A DNA stretch of 64,000 nucleotides from Lingula anatina (taxonomy: Eukaryota > Animalia > Brachiopoda): assembly GCA_051362555.1 (NCBI GenBank), contig CM120640.1, positions 6,386,001 to 6,450,000 of the forward strand, written 5' to 3'. Every line of letters starts with the position of its first letter. Within the stretch, counting starts at the first letter, position 1. A program made the translations under genes and the position numbers. Shown piece after piece: positions 62,248 through 64,000 of the stretch. The notes beneath the pieces are model-generated. The model saw nothing but the letters and a program-made list of their open reading frames with translations. It did not search any database and was not told where the DNA came from.

Positions 62248-62416
62248 GGCCGCATTCATAGCAGCAGAGTAACTACTAGTAGTTTAATATGTCAAATATG
62301 GCCGCCCACTTAAAATCCCCTAATAGACACTGAGTAGACGATTGCCCAACATGCATTCAAGTGCGTTGGCAAAATTCGATCCATCGATCTGATAGTCTGC
62401 TGTTGTGAATGCGTCC
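62248..62416. mobile_element. PIF/Harbinger-like MITE, second family, 169 bp
   Basis: TIRs GGCCGCATTCATAGCAGCAGA / TCTGCTGTTGTGAATGCGTCC with TTA on both sides (62245-62247, 62417-62419). Confidence 0.8.
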
Positions 62417-63342
62417 TTACTCCCATTGTAAACAGTCCTGTGTCTCCTTATGTTAGAATGCTTATAGAATTAAAAGTAGTGTTTTTATGAATATTGTGGT
62501 TATAGTATTCATCTGAAGACTACCTTTCTTAACATCAGCTTGTTTGTGCATTATTCTATGTAATTTAGTTGCTTTCTTTGTAATATTTTTGTTAGATTTA
62601 TGTACAAAATTAAATCTTTGCTTTTATTTTCTTTTAATTACTTATTTGTAATTTATGTCTTTTTGTCTTCATTGTTTTATTTTATATTGCCATGTTAAAT
62701 TGAATATATACAAAAAAAGTGGTGAGCATAAAAACTTAAACCACTCGATACAAAGTTATAAAATGTTAGGTTGCTTAAACATAAGCATCTTTACCCAATG
62801 CATTGCTTACCATTATAGTTTTAAAAAGGGTGCTTATATTGACTTTTTAAATGTTCATTTTTTAAGGAATATGTTAAACTATTGGTTTGTTTTGTACATG
62901 TTTATAATGGATGGTCATTTTACAACTGCTGTAAAGAACACAAACTGTCTTAACTGTAACTGTATTTTCTTCATAGTTTTTAACTGAAAGTCAGTCTTAA
63001 TCTAAATAAAAATGGCACAATCTGACGCTGGTCAAAGATTGATGCTGTCTTGTTACTGTCAGACATGTTTTTAGAGTCCTTATCAATAAACAGACATTTT
63101 AATGTTAGATGCAAGAAGAAAAAAAATATTATTGACTTACTGAAATCTCAGAAAAATATGTTGACTTTCGTATTTTTCGGTACTTTTGATATTTGATACT
63201 TTCAGTGACATTACACTAGCGTACAGTGAAAAATAACAATTGTAAAAACTATGGGAATAAGGTTAAAATCTTAGATGGAAAACATGTTCACATATGTCAT
63301 AGGGCACTTTCAAAACAAGTTGATCCTCGGACTAACAGATCC

Positions 63343-63461
63343 GCGGATCAGATGTGGCTGACCCACTTGAAAGCTTGCTGCATAATCTCCAAATAGACAG
63401 TGAAGATTACCCGCGGGGATTTGTGGTAAGCTTTCAAGCGGGTCGACCATATTTGATCTGC
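63343..63461. repeat. Imperfect inverted repeat, about 47-bp arms, 24-nt loop
   Basis: GCGGATCAGATGTGGCTGACCCACTTGAAAGCTTGCTGCATAATCTCC (63343-63390) pairs with GGGGATTTGTGGTAAGCTTTCAAGCGGGTCGACCATATTTGATCTGC (63415-63461). Confidence 0.85.
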
Positions 63462-64000
63462 AGAGGAATGGGGGGATTGAGTGTCACAGAAGGGGGGTGG
63501 GCAAATGTTAGGGGATGGTAGGTGAGTAATCAGGACTTGAAAATATAGATTGTACACAGATGAATTGGCAGCCATGAAATACTTCAGTGAAGGCAAGATG
63601 GAGCGGGGGAGTGTAATCGATATAAAAAAGGTCAGGGGAAGGCGCTCTTATAAGAAGAACTTTGGGATTTTACCTTGGGAAATCTTGGGGAGATGGGTAT
63701 GCGGCGAAGACTTTAAACGTTTTAAGAAGTCATGTTGGGCAGTACACTTAATTAACAACCACAAGAGTATCGAAACTGATCGTAGGTTGTAAGAATTTTG
63801 TGAATCGTTCGAAAAAAATGTGCTGTGACTGTTTAATAGCCATCTGATAGCGTAGTGTTGACATACTAATAGAGCGCTGACATTCCGTGGAAAGCTGTGC
63901 AGTGTAGGGAATTCTGGCTAGTCTAGTCACGAGTACCGACAAAATAATCTGTAAAAATACCATATATATCATAACACGCGTTTGAGACTGGTCTTAATGT

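Noticed and set aside
63348-63972. ORFs of 74-82 aa at the right edge
   Set aside because: No domain or codon-like pattern recognised; more likely UTR or regulatory DNA of a gene outside the window.

Overview
Eukaryotic (animal, most likely marine invertebrate) AT-rich genomic DNA with GT-AG introns; the species cannot be determined from the sequence. Five protein-coding genes can be assembled by hand with consistent splice phases: FBXW4 (+, 484-4380, 9 exons, 400 aa); a divergent NK-like (ANTP/NKL) homeobox gene with an eh1 motif (+, 6763-8826, 3 exons, 522 aa); RMND5/Gid2 (+, 9930-13380, 9 exons, 391 aa); an intronless FADS6-type desaturase (-, 15535-16584, 349 aa); and UROS (+, 17947 to about 59993), whose roughly 790 coding bases are spread over 42 kb while neighbouring genes have 110-670 bp introns. 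Several MITEs are present (PIF/Harbinger-like with TAA/TTA target duplications, one nested triple; one hAT-like with a 5-bp duplication). Most interesting: the unclassified Vent/Lbx/Tlx-like homeobox gene among genes whose human orthologues mark the NK paralogon, UROS as a possible enhancer-carrying bystander gene, a CpG-rich UROS exon in a CpG-poor gene body, and a Su(H)/RBPJ paired site created at a MITE-MITE junction. Family assignments rest on remembered reference sequences, not on database searches.
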